Part shown: one piece after another, positions 25,822-37,882 of the stretch
Position numbering within the stretch: the stretch's first letter is position 1
How the letters are laid out: the number at the start of each line of letters is the position of its first letter
NCBI GenBank assembly: GCA_016906335.1
Contig: JADEYG010000003.1
Location: forward strand, 1,488,001-1,552,000
Reading direction: 5' to 3'
DNA length: 64,000 nt
From: Novakomyces olei
Taxonomy: Eukaryota
The notes under the pieces: generated by a model
Told to the model about the DNA's origin: nothing
The model's input: only the letters and a program-made list of their open reading frames with translations
The model's database searches: none
Made by a program: the position numbers and the translations under genes

Positions 25822-26702
25822 TTTTGGCCACCATTGGGGTTGCAGAGTACTAGCAAAGCAGAGTACTGGCAAAGCTTAGGATGAAAAGGCCACTTTTTGA
25901 TCGATTAATTATTATCCATCATAATAAAGCAGCAAACCTGCCACCTGCGCTTTTCAGGTTTAGCGCAGTACTTTATACGATATAATGCAGTCTCTACGTT
26001 AATAAATTGTATGTAAACTACGGGTAAAGCTTCCTGCCCAGTTAAAGTGCCCTCCCTGCAGATATTCGTGTCCAAGGGTTTTAAAAGATTCAAAGGTAAA
26101 AGTACCAAAGACGAGCAGCGCCCGTCCCCAATCTAGTTTGACCGCAACTAGCTCCGCCCATGTGTCTCGTTGTACCCAAGCACAAATTAGACTAGTCAAT
26201 TATACGACTGCCTCGTCAATTCAATTGCCCCTGCCTCCTATTGGCCCGGCGTATACGGCAGTTTGTCTTTTGTAGATATCTGCACATGCTTTCAATCGAA
26301 GCTATCTAAAAATAATAATGCCAATCACGGCCAGCCTAATCTCTATGTTGCCCGAGCCGAGGTATGCAATCCAGTAAAGCATCCTCCTCGTTCTTCTCAT
26401 CTCTCTGCCAAACAATGGTGCTATCAGCGTCCCAGATGAACTGCACTCTTACCAAAATGACGCGAGCTCTACTTACACGGCTACTACCTACACGGCTATA
26501 TTTCCCCACTTTTATGAACTTGGCCACGCTGGCAACTATAGACTACGCAAAAGATCGGCAAATTAATCTGTAGTACAGAGCAGTAACCTTATCGCCCGTA
26601 CAGACAGGAATAAAAATCGGAGAACGCAAGGGCACTTGTCAACAGCCAAACCGTTACTTACCCATCCCCACATGAAAAATCATACAGACTAGCGGCAATG
26701 AG

Positions 26703-26818
26703 AATTACACTTTAATAACAATTACGCTTTAATAACAATTACGCCTTAATAACAATTGCGCTTCAATAACAATTGCACTTAACAACAATTGCACTTTAAC
26801 AACAATTGCGCTTTAATG
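26703..26818. repeat. Minisatellite, about 7 copies of a 16-17 nt unit (AATTRCRCTTTAAYAAC)
   Basis: Direct inspection: aattacactttaataac aattacgctttaataac aattacgccttaataac aattgcgcttcaataac... Confidence 0.9.
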
Positions 26819-26978
26819 TACGATGCGCTCACTATACACACTAGTACAAAGTGTCGTAATGTACCGCGTTTTTCATGGCAATATAGAGGCGAGTAGTGTT
26901 GCGTAGTGTATAATAAATATCCAAACTTGCTGGCGTCGCACAATCGCAACATCGGGGTACGCTGCACAGCGATTCTTT

Positions 26979-29900
26979 ATGGATTTGGGAGCGCGACCTG
27001 CGCTGCGGCGGCAGCGCGCTGGTCGCGCCTGCCAGATGTGTCATATGCGGAAAGTCCGCTGTGATGCGGCCACTCTGGGAGTACCCTGCACCGTAAGTTT
27101 TGGATTAGAGAGAGAGAGAAGGAGTACGAGCCTTGATCTTGATCAGCCGAGCGGGACCAAGCATGAAGGGTCAAGGTGTTGGCCACTGAGGTTATGAGGC
27201 AATTGCAAGAATAACCACGGCCAATACTGGAGGCTGCAGGCGATGTTGAACCCGACTTTGGGGAACAAGATTTAAAAAAATAAAGCGATGAGTAGAATAC
27301 GATGAATAAAATAGGATGAATAAAATACGGAGTTTGAGCGGACCGTCTAACTTTGATCTAGAACTGTCAGGCCTTTGAAACGGAGTGTGTAATGCCGCCC
27401 GGGCGGAGCACAAAGTCCCGAGACGAGTACTCGGCAAATCAGCCGTCTAGTCTTTCGAACCCTGCCGGTCTGGCAAATGTACCTTCGGGACCCTCGTCAG
27501 CGGCCGCTAGCGGTTACATTACTGGCCGGCCTGGACTACAGTCGGCCTCTCTGCACTCGCTCAACAGCTCCGACAGTAATCTGCGCCCGCCCGTTTCTGC
27601 CTCGTCAGCCTCGTCCTCTTTGGCCAATGGATTCGCCCCACAGAGTACTAGCAGCAATAGTATAGCGGAACCCCACACGGGCCCGGCCGCGGCTGACCCT
27701 GAGGAAGATGAGCATATTGTGCTTAGTGAGCTGGATGACAGAGTCGGCATTATGTCCATCAACCACGGCCGGCCCTTTTATGTGAGCGAATGGAACCCGC
27801 TGGCCGGAGCCATTAGAGCCTCCAGCGAACCGGACATTTCAAACATTGACGTTACTCAGCAAGGAACTCCTTTTTCCCGTGGATCAGGGTTCCCTCAGAC
27901 CAAAGCAGAGACGGCTTACTTTGATGCTATAGGAGCCTTTACGCTACCACCAAGGGACGTGCAGGAGGCGCTCGTCTGTGACTTTTTCCGGGTCGTTTAC
28001 CCTTACACTCCTTGCTTTAACAAGCACACTTTCCTCGAAAAGTTTGAGCGGGGCGATACTGCCTCTATCCCGCTTGTTCTTATGCTCTCTGTACTTTGTG
28101 CGGGCGCCAGAGTCAGCCGGCACCCGAGCGTGAGCAACCCCGACGGCAGTATTACAATGCTGGCAAAAACCCTGTACAAGAAGGCAAAGGCACTGATTGT
28201 GCTCGAGTACGAGCAGGATATAGTGGTAGTGCTGCAGAGCATGCTGGCACTGTCCAACTGGGCAGAAAGTGCACACGATAATTACAATAATACATGGTAC
28301 TGGATCGGCCAGGCTGCGAGGTTAGCACAGGGCCTGGGAGCCCATCGGCACACGGACACGAAGAGGCTTAACCCTATCGAAGCAGGCGTGGGCAAACGGA
28401 TCTGGTGGACTATTGTCGTCCGTGACAGAGCTTGCTCAGCAGCGCTCGGCCGTCCGCTGATGGTGGACCTGGACGACTGTGACGTTCAGCCGCTGACAGT
28501 GCAAGATTTCGTCGAGGCGTACGACCACGTCACTGGTGCTCCTATATACTCGATGTCCAGTGTGGAGATTGCCTTTTTCCAGTCAATGCTCTCCCTCTGT
28601 ATTATTATGGGCCGCGTTGTTCACCAGCAATACGTACCCGAGACTAACCGCTCAGCTAATATTGAAACAGAGCTGCTCTTTGCCGATGTCTCCCTCGCGA
28701 GCTGGCTGCGAAGTCTTCCACCAGAGATGAAGTATGAAAGGACGGTCGCATGGGACTCTGATCCAGACAATGCCTTTTTTGCTTCGGTGGTGCATCTCGT
28801 CTACTATACGGCACTTTGTATGCTGCACCGGCCTTATATCCACAAGACAGTCGTTGTAAATGACCAGCCTATCTGCCCTTCCAAGCATATCGCTCTAGTG
28901 GCCGCAGATATGCTGACAAAGATCTTTCATCAGCTGCTCACGCACCACCGGCTTAAAGAGCTGCCCAGCTTTACAATCTACTCTTTACTTTTGGCCACTC
29001 TCTTCCATTTCGTAGAGTGCCGATCTGAAAATGCCTCGATCGCTCAGCACGCGCGTCACCAGCACCAAGAGTGCATGAGGATCTGCCATGATTTAGCTCA
29101 CTACAGCATCAGCGCTATCTTTATCGAGAAAATATTTGATGCTATTGGCAAAGACCGGCGGACCGAGACCCGACTAGTCAATGCCGTGCACAAGAACAAT
29201 GGACGCAAACGTAAAAATTACAGTGCTTCTACCGCCAGCAACAAGGCTGAAATGGGCCTTCCTGCTTTTGTCTCTGTCGCTCACCGTTCACGCAAGAACA
29301 AGCATGTTTTGTTGAGGAGAACAGAGCCTTACCACTCGTCTACTCAGCCTGCTACTCCGGCACAGACCCCGTTTAATCAGCCTTTTACTCCTGTTTCAGC
29401 TGGTCCTCAAGACGCAGACCTTAGTCCTACCGCAGCTTCAATTTTGCCAGACTTGCTGAAGCCTTTTCGCCTCGCTACTGCCACAAACGATGCCGATATA
29501 AACGCCGTCGAGGACAAACCGGACGAGTCTGTACACGAGATAGATTCAGAGACGCAAGCTCACGACAAGCCTTCAGCCCGAGGGCACAGTGTGGACGGGT
29601 ACCAGATGAATTTGTTCCCGGAAATGCCCTCCAACGAAGGCCAGTTTGATGCGGAGGCAATTTCTCTCTGGCAGAATATGTTTAACGACTATGAAATGAA
29701 GACTTTTCAGGCTGAAAAGGCCGCTGCTGCCGCTGGCGAAGAGCTTCCCTTACAGACTCTGGACGCTTTGCATGGTGATTACCACTTGCCTTTAGCACAA
29801 AACAATAATATCGATGGTGATGGTGGTGATGATATGAACAATAATAACAATAATAAGAACAATAATAATATTACGATTAAACCAGAAGCAAACTTCACGC

Positions 29901-30172
29901 CTCCCTCTTTTGCGTTTAATGGGCCCGAAACAAGCCAGTTTTTATCTGATCAAAGCTCTATTGTATCACCGACCACGGATCCTGTTGTTGGCGAGTCCCT
30001 GTACCCTTTTGCGGCAACAGAAGAAGGCAAGAACAAGTACCGCGTTGGACTGGAACACAGTCCGACAAGTGTGCCAAGCAGCAGTAATGACCATTTGGAT
30101 GAATTAGAGGCTCCAAACAATCTGAATGCTCAAGACTGGTACGACTACATTTTTAAAGAGGCTACAACTTGA
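26979..30172 (+). CDS. farA: Zn(II)2Cys6 transcription factor, FarA/CTF1-alpha-like, 2 exons
   Basis: RAGRACQMCHMRKVRCDAATLGVPCT|NCQAFETEC (intron 27093-27361), very close to the FarA/CTF1a zinc cluster; fungal TF middle domain (KRIWWTIVVRDRACSAALGRP). Confidence 0.8.
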
Positions 30173-30603
30173 AGCATTGTTCGCAGGGTTCTTTGGGAGA
30201 TTGCTATTGAACGGAGACTGAACCGCGCTATTCTCTATAGACTACGAGTCTGAAAAAGCTTTCAAATGGGCGGAACAAATATGGAATATTGAACATTTTA
30301 CGGCAAGGGGGTACACTTGAGCGGCGGCGTCGCCACCTCTGTTTCTATTTATATTATTTCTCTTGATAAATCTTTTGATATTTCTATTCATTTTCATATG
30401 TCTATTATTAATCATATTTCTCTGTCTATTTGTTTGAGCATTTTGTATATTGACGGCTCTTTTTACCTGTGCATTGGATTAATACGTTTACATATCTCTC
30501 AGGCACTCCTATACCATTTACTTTGTTTATCTATGAATTTCGGAGTTTTTGATTTACAGCACGCGACGAAAATAAAGTAGTAACTAGTCCATTTTTTAGT
30601 CTT

Positions 30604-32485
30604 CTATCTAATTCGACTTTTTTTCCGGAATAAGCACACCTTTGACGAGAAGGGCACTTATTTTTTCCAATCCCAATATAAACATTATAAGCGCACCGCT
30701 AATGCAAAAATGTGAGATGCTCGTACCAATCTAGATTTTGTTAGCAAACTGCGGGAAACCAATCATACATCTAGCCAACTTCCTTCGTCTTTGACGAGGA
30801 AGAAAAAGTTTAATGTCACGACGTCGCTGATGGATATTACCGCCATAAAAATTGCAGACGGTGGAACGTTGAGGTGCATATTCAGGATACCAAGACTCGC
30901 GGAAACGATGGCAAACGGAATTAGAAGCTTGAACACCAAGAGAGCACCCCATAGAAACTTTTTTTAGTATCGATATGTGGAGTAGACATATTAAGAAAGC
31001 GACCGATTGATCTAGGTTCAACCGAAATAAAATTAAAATAATAGTAAACAACAGAAAAAATAAATAAATAGAAAGATAAATTGAAAATGAAAATGTTATT
31101 GTTTTTTAAAAAAATAAAAAAGAACAAAGATTAACAAAAAAGGGGAGATCAAAAATATACCGGTGAGAAAACGGTCGTTAGCCGGTTCACTGCATCAAGT
31201 GAGAACGAAGACAAGGAAGCAACATTTCCAGTCCCAAAGAACGCCGCTTGTATAAGGAAAAAACAGTATAAAGCGACTCTTGTGTCTCCCAAGTTCAAGG
31301 TTCTATAGGCTGTGCTCGTAACTGTTGGCGGCTCGTCGGTCTGCGGCAGAGATCCATTTGGAACAGGTCCATTCTCCGCTCCATTGGCACCTTTCCCCAT
31401 TCCCCTCTCTGTATGAATGAAATTCTCAATTTCCACCCACAGCATCATCAAGCCGAAGAACGCTACGTAAAACAGAGCCTCGTACGAAATTGTGAGGATT
31501 ATAAACGTGGGTCCAAAGGTCAGAAAGAGTATAAGCATGCGATGCAAGTAATGGTGGTTCCAGTGACGGAAATGGAGTAGAGGAACTGCCATCGACAGAA
31601 ACAGACAGGCCCAATTTGTAAGCTGGCAGCCGATAGGAAGGCCTTGCTTTTTACCGAGCGCAGTTATAGCAGAGTGAGTCGAGATCATTGAAAGAGCAAT
31701 CAAACCGAGTTGGACTCCGACGAGATTGAAATTGACAGACACAAGGGATCCCGGGATCATGTATCTGCCCTTGGCGAGATAGAACAAGCCAACGATCAGC
31801 ATCAGAAATCCACCCAGTTGGATCTGTATATCGCTCTCTGATTTAATTGTGGGCAGCATTGTGAAAATGCTCATTACCATACACGCAGCGAACCACGCTC
31901 GGCTTTGCACTGTGTGACGAGCAGCAAAATTGTTGTCCCGAGACCACGGCCAAAGAGATAAAAGAACAAAACAGACAGAATAAATCTTGCGCCAAAAATA
32001 GCCAAGCACGAGAAGCTCAAGCATTAGAAACTGGCATAGAACGTACACTAAATTGCCCGTCATACTGCCACTGCCACGACTATGCAAAAGATGAAATAAG
32101 CCCTGTCGCGTTTGCGACCAGCTGCGTACTGCCTCGTACCAGAAAAGCGTTGGAAAAGCGAGGTACCAGTAGTAAGAAACGGGTGAATGCTGAAGCCAGA
32201 GGGTTACACAGACTCCGGCAAATACTGCCGTGAAAATTGCCTTCAAGCCGTCTGCTGGCTCGTCTTGGCCGGCGGGACGGCGTACATACGAGTTAATCAC
32301 AAAGGACCCGGAAAATGCCATCCAGCCAATGTAGCCTAGACTCACAAGCGTCTTGAGAAGAACCCAGTCGTACCTTGTTTGCACAAATTAGCGATAAAAA
32401 CTTCAAATAAAACGCAATGTTCTGTTTTTGGAAATTGAATTATATACTATCCTTAAATAAACTTGTGATATATTTTACTTTTTAT

Positions 32486-32519
<34 letters not shown>

Positions 32520-34299
32520 GATTTGCATTTGAATTTTATTTAAATCTTCTTACCTCTGCATGTATTTCAAGCCGGAAAGGGACTCTTCGAGCAGTTTCTG
32601 GCTTTGTGCATTGGCTGCATCATATTGCTCTACGTCAATGAGCGACGTAATGTGTAATTCAAAGGCTTGTGGATCTTTTATAAAAGATTCAAGCGGCTTG
32701 TAAGGCCGGAATACGATCTCGGTTGCCTCCTTGGAGTCTAGCGATTGATTAGTAAATTGGAAACTGATCATTATAGTCAATTAGACTGTAAACGTAACGT
32801 GCAAACAGAACCAAATACAATAAAACATCAAATCAAGTATGAAGTAAACCCACCATGTTTGACTTTGAACTGCTCCGATATTTGTAGCGCATTATTTAAT
32901 AAAGCTTTCGACAGAATTCGAGGGCTCGCATCCAGGAATTCAACTGGAAGACGGCCAACGGAATTTGCCGGATAGTTCAACCCGGTAAGAAAAGACTAGT
33001 TGTGTCAACAATAACAGAAAAACAAGAAAACAGTTAATTGAGTTTAAATTAACTCAAATTTAAACGTTGAGAAATTACACAAAGATCAATACCATCAAAG
33101 GCGCCACATCGGCTTGGGCAATATCATTACGGGAAACTGACCCCAGATTCCATGGCTGCGAAACGCTATCATGACCAGTTCCCTTATGGTCAGGAGCCCT
33201 TATCCCCGCTCCCCAAGTAATAATAGGTGTCTGCGTATTATCAGGGTGCCCGTCACCGTGACTGCCGAAATCACTCATTCCATGATCTGCAGTAAAAACA
33301 TAGGCAGTTTTCCCGTCGTTACGATAAAAGCGGTTCAGCTGTTGTTCTACATTACGAATGCCCTCATCAACGAGTTTTATGTTATCCAAATACTCACGGG
33401 AATAAGGCCTGTGAGCATGGCCATTCATATCCAGTCCTAATAAATGTAGAAACATAACAGTTCCCGGCTGATGCAATTGCTTACGCAGCGATTCATTGGT
33501 GCTTGCGTTACGCAACAATTCCTCAACATGATCAAACACCCAAGTATCGAGATCGGCAGCGTGACTGGCGGCAAAGTTTTCCATCTCTGGAGAATAACAA
33601 GCTTGTTCTACCCGGTCGGGATCAGAGGCTCCTTCAGCAAACATGGGCAAAATATCCGGGGATCCATATGACCAGGTGTGCACGCTTTGATTGAATACTG
33701 AATCGAAATCAACCGGGTTCGTCTTCCAGCCTTTTGTTACTGCGCTGACATCCTCGTAGAATCCAGCAATAAGCGCAACATGGCCAGGTCGTGATTCTGT
33801 GGGTACACGGGTGTGTGAGACGCCAAAGCGGCCACGCTGCAATACAACTGACCGCAGAAACGGGTTCAAGTATTCATTGTTTACGGGTTCAAATAGTTTG
33901 TCGGCACGTAGACCGTCGCCTATTAATTAGAGACTAGTTCTCCACAAACATAGAGTGAAATAAAAGCAGGTAGAGGAAACGTAAATCCGGCACAAATAAA
34001 AGAACATGAAGCAATACGAATTAAAAAGCGAATTATACTTGCGAGGCATTGAGCCAAAAGTAATCCATCTGCCTTGAAAACCAAATCTGATCTCAGTCTC
34101 ATACCCACAATTAGCACGACGCGATCGGCCGGAGGCGCGCTAGTGCTGCGGAATTGGCGCATGCCATGAACGAGGGGCGTCCGAAAATATATATCAAAAA
34201 TAGATCGAATGAACAGCACATGGAACACTACTATTAGAAGAATCACAAACTTTCCATACCAATGCCAAGAAATAGCACGCCACTTTTACTCCAGGCCAT
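30604..34299 (-). CDS. MCD4: GPI ethanolamine phosphate transferase 1 (Mcd4/PIG-N), 8 exons
   Basis: SIFDIYF, VG|DGLRADK, SHTRVPTESRPGHVALIAGFYEDVS, HLLGLD, TADHGMSDFGSHGDG, AFFGTGNVAS, EGSWLD|IGTSISHF. Confidence 0.95.
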
Positions 34300-34534
34300 T
34301 GTGCAGCTAATCGGCGTTAACGCATCGTTTTTATACGAATTGGTGAGTTTGTTTACTGTAGCAGGCGACGCGTCGTTGTATATACTGTTGCGCCTGCTGA
34401 TCTCGTTTTGTATAAAGCGTAGTTTTAATTTTAATGTCAATTGATTAGATTTACAGTAGAAGATGTATGGGAGTATCATCAATTATTATTATTATGATTA
34501 TGGCAACTCGTGGTTAACCGATTTATGTGATATG

Positions 34535-34553
34535 TATTAACCCTAACTAACCC
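34535..34553. promoter_or_regulatory. TATTAACCCTAACTAACCC element in the divergent MCD4/SNU71 promoter
   Basis: Identical 19-mer also at 37710-37728; telomere-repeat-like. Confidence 0.5.
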
Positions 34554-34631
34554 AAAGGCAACTTTTATTTTTATTAAATAATAATAAAAATCATCTACCA
34601 AGTTTAAAAGGATCAGTTTTGTCGCCAATTC

Positions 34632-37515
34632 ATGTACGGTAAGTTGCCAAGTTTGCAGCAAACGTGACAGCTTACAATGCAAACAGGCGCAGGCGCAGGC
34701 GCAAACGGCTACGGCTATCCTCCGTCCGGCTATACGCCGCCTGGCTTCGGTTCGCCTGGGTACAATGCGCAAGGCTATAATGCGCAAGGCTATAATGCGC
34801 AAGGCTATAATGCGCAAGGCTATAATGCGCAAGGCTATGGATCACCCGGCTACAACAATTCGCCCCCAGCCACTGGAATGTATAACTCTGGTCCCATGCC
34901 TCATCCTGGGCCAGTGAGACCTTTTAACAGGCCTTTTAATCCTGCACAACGGCCTTATATGCCTCCGTCAGGAGGTGAACAAGGACGGCGAGTTCCTTTC
35001 AACGATGCATACATGACTGGTAATGGACCTGTTCGACCAGGGTTAGGCCAGAATTATACGGCGAGGTTTGGTGCAGCTGATGGTGCAAATATTAATGGAA
35101 CTTTTCGACAAGCTTTTGTGCCAGAGCAGCAGCAGCAGCCGCAGCAGCAAGCAGCTCCATTTGCTGCAAAAACAGAAGCTGTTTCTCAGCCTCTTACAGT
35201 TGAGCGACGACTACGGCATTTATACATTGGAGAAATTCCTCGGGAACTTGAGGATGTTTGGATGCAAAAGATCGTGCGGGTATGAAAGACGAGAAGAGCT
35301 CTACTATTTTTTTTTTATGTTTTTTTACGTTTTTTTTTTTTAATTTTTATTTTTTGAAATTGCTTTTGATCCTTTTCGGTTTTGGCATCTCTTTTTAACG
35401 CATAATATTTTATTATAATACATTTTCCATTTCTTTTCCTGCTTTCTTGATAATTTGATGCTGACAGTATGATTTAGAGTGTCGCAAAATTGGGGCAATG
35501 GAGCCAATGCAAAGGACTTCGTGGTAAAGTTTGGGACTGGGGATTTGCAGAATATGATGATGAAGACCACTTTTTGCGAGCAGCGGCCACGTTGGAAGGG
35601 TTGACCATACCGGAGGTACCGGGAAAATACCCAGAGAGAAAATTAAAGGTCTGTTGAGCTTTTAAAATCATATGCGTATATTTTGTTCTTTAATACTTAT
35701 TTTTAACGCTTGGTTTATCAAAGAGGAACTTGTATACTTGATGAGTAATTACTTGCCCTATTCTGACGAATCATTTAAAATTCAATTGCCACATATGCAA
35801 TTTGATCCTTGTTTAAGCTTTCATGTGGGCTAACTTCATATCAGGTTGTGGTGGATGAACGTAGTATCGAACATGCCAAAGAGGTAAAAGCCAAAAGTGG
35901 ATTTGACGAGGTATTATCCCAAGTATCGATACAAGATTTCTAACAAAGGTTTAAGCGACGTGATCACTTGCTCAATAGTCAAGCATTAGGAAATTTAAAC
36001 AAAGTATTACAAGACTACGTTGAATGGGCAAAAGTGCACGCGACAGAGGACTCGCAAGCACAAGATGAAAAGGCAAATGATGGGAGCAAAATTGACGGCT
36101 CCGGCAATGATGAGCAAGAAACCTCGGATGCTTCAATGCCCGCTTTAAAAGTTTCAATTTCTGCCGACGAAAAATTGGAAGGCTTTGATGAAGAAGCAAC
36201 AGCGCAAATTTATAGGGAGATTGCTGCTTTTCGGCAACGATCAGCTAAACGAGAAAATGCAAACAAAAAACTGGAAGAAGAATACGAAAGCAAACTGGCT
36301 GAGTTTGAAGCTTCCAAACGGCAGCAGGCTAAAAGGAGCCATGTAGCTGCTGAGCGAGCTCGAACTGACCCATTTGTGATTAAACATGAAAGGGAGAATA
36401 AAGAGTTGGAAAAGCGTTTGGAGGATGAGGCACAGGACTCGAGAAGTGACGTTGATATTGAGCGATTACGTTTGGACCGACGTGAAGAGAGACTTGAATC
36501 ACAATACTTGGATCGTGAAAGAAAATGGATTAATCGCGAAAAATCTCGCGCTTCAGCTCTTGAACGAGAACTAAAGCGAGATAAAATGGAAGAAAATATG
36601 GAAGAAAGAGCACAAGAAGAGGCTAAACGACTCGAATCCTGGAACGATGCAGAAGAAGAAGAATCAAAGAGGCACGAATATTATGCTGATCATGCCGCGT
36701 GGGCTCGTAATCGAGCAATCGCTCGATCAAAGGAACAGGATCAGGATCAAAAAGATCGGATTAAAGAGCGGGAGGAAATTGAGGCGGCCAAAAATCCAGA
36801 AAAGAAGGAATCCTCTTCTATCGGTAGTGCTGCAAGGCAATCTGCAAGCGCTGCTGATGCTCTTGCTGCTTCATTAATTGCAGAGCAATCGTCTAAAGTA
36901 CAAAGGAAACGTGATGGATTAACCGGCTTTAGTCTTTCATTTGCAAATGCTAAAAAGGCTGGGCCGACTACGGCCAGTACGGGTCTTAAATCTGCTCCAC
37001 AGACGTCTGTGCTTAAAGCAGCAGAAAGGCTTCTTCAGGACGAGGATGAGGATGCAGGCACTCGGCGCAGACCGTTGAGCTTACTCAACTTTAAAGATGA
37101 TGATGAGGAAGAGGAAAATAAAAGGTCTAGTTACCGGGAACGCAGAGACAGGATTGATGATGATGATGATGATGATGATGGTTCCGATGGCAAGGAAAGA
37201 AAGTTGCAAGAAATAGCACAATCTGTGCCGGCAGATAAGGAAGGCATTTTCAGTTACCCGATAAAATGGACTGAAATTACGAAATCCGCTGTCAATGCAA
37301 AGATCCGGCCGTTCATTACAAAGAAAATTGTGGAATATTTGGGTGTGCAGGAAGATGAGCTTATTGATTTTGTTGAAGAGCATATTGCACGCCATGGTTC
37401 TGCCGACGAACTTTCAAAGGAATTGGAGATCGCTATGGAAGATGATGCGGGTCTTTTTGTGACAAAAGTGTACCGTTATCTTGCCGTGTTGGGCGAAACT
37501 TCAGCAGCGTTTTAG
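34632..37515 (+). CDS. SNU71: U1 snRNP-associated Snu71/Usp107/RBM25 protein, 5 exons (7-nt first exon)
   Basis: Pro/Gly/Tyr-rich N-terminus; RRM-like (LYIGEIP...GFAEY); charged coiled coil ([12 protein letters not shown]); C-terminal PWI domain ([24 protein letters not shown]). Confidence 0.88.
34758..34838 (+). repeat. Coding 15-nt tandem repeat (GGCTATAATGCGCAA), 5 copies, encoding GYNAQ
   Basis: Direct inspection. Confidence 0.9.
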
Positions 37516-37709
37516 TTTTCGTAACGGAGTCAAATCGTTTTTCTTGGCAAAGGAATAAAGTCAAATAGATTATCGTCCGTAACATATAGCGTAATACAAT
37601 CGATGTAAATGTTTCCAAATTCTCTGCAACCAAGCAAACTCAAGTATTATTATAATTACTTCAAATATATAAAAAGATAATTATAGTATTGCTATATTTT
37701 ATATACTCC

Positions 37710-37730
37710 TATTAACCCTAACTAACCCTG
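37710..37730. promoter_or_regulatory. TATTAACCCTAACTAACCC element upstream of QTRT1
   Basis: Identical to 34535-34553; about 155 nt upstream of ATG 37883. Confidence 0.5.
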
Positions 37731-37882
37731 TAGTATAGCCTTTTGTAGCATGCTTTCAATCTTTCTGCCATAGCAAAATGTGCGTGATTGTGATAAGATA
37801 ACAAGAATTATTTAGCTGCATGTCATTAATTTTTTTATCTAATAAAGGCTCGTTTGTAGTCTGAGGTTGAGGCTTTATTGCA

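Noticed and set aside
26336-26670. Possible spliced minus-strand micro-gene upstream of farA
   Set aside because: Needs a 27-nt intron and weak signals; product unrecognisable.
34479-34832. RIIAL-repeat ORF
   Set aside because: Antisense shadow of the SNU71 GYNAQ repeat.
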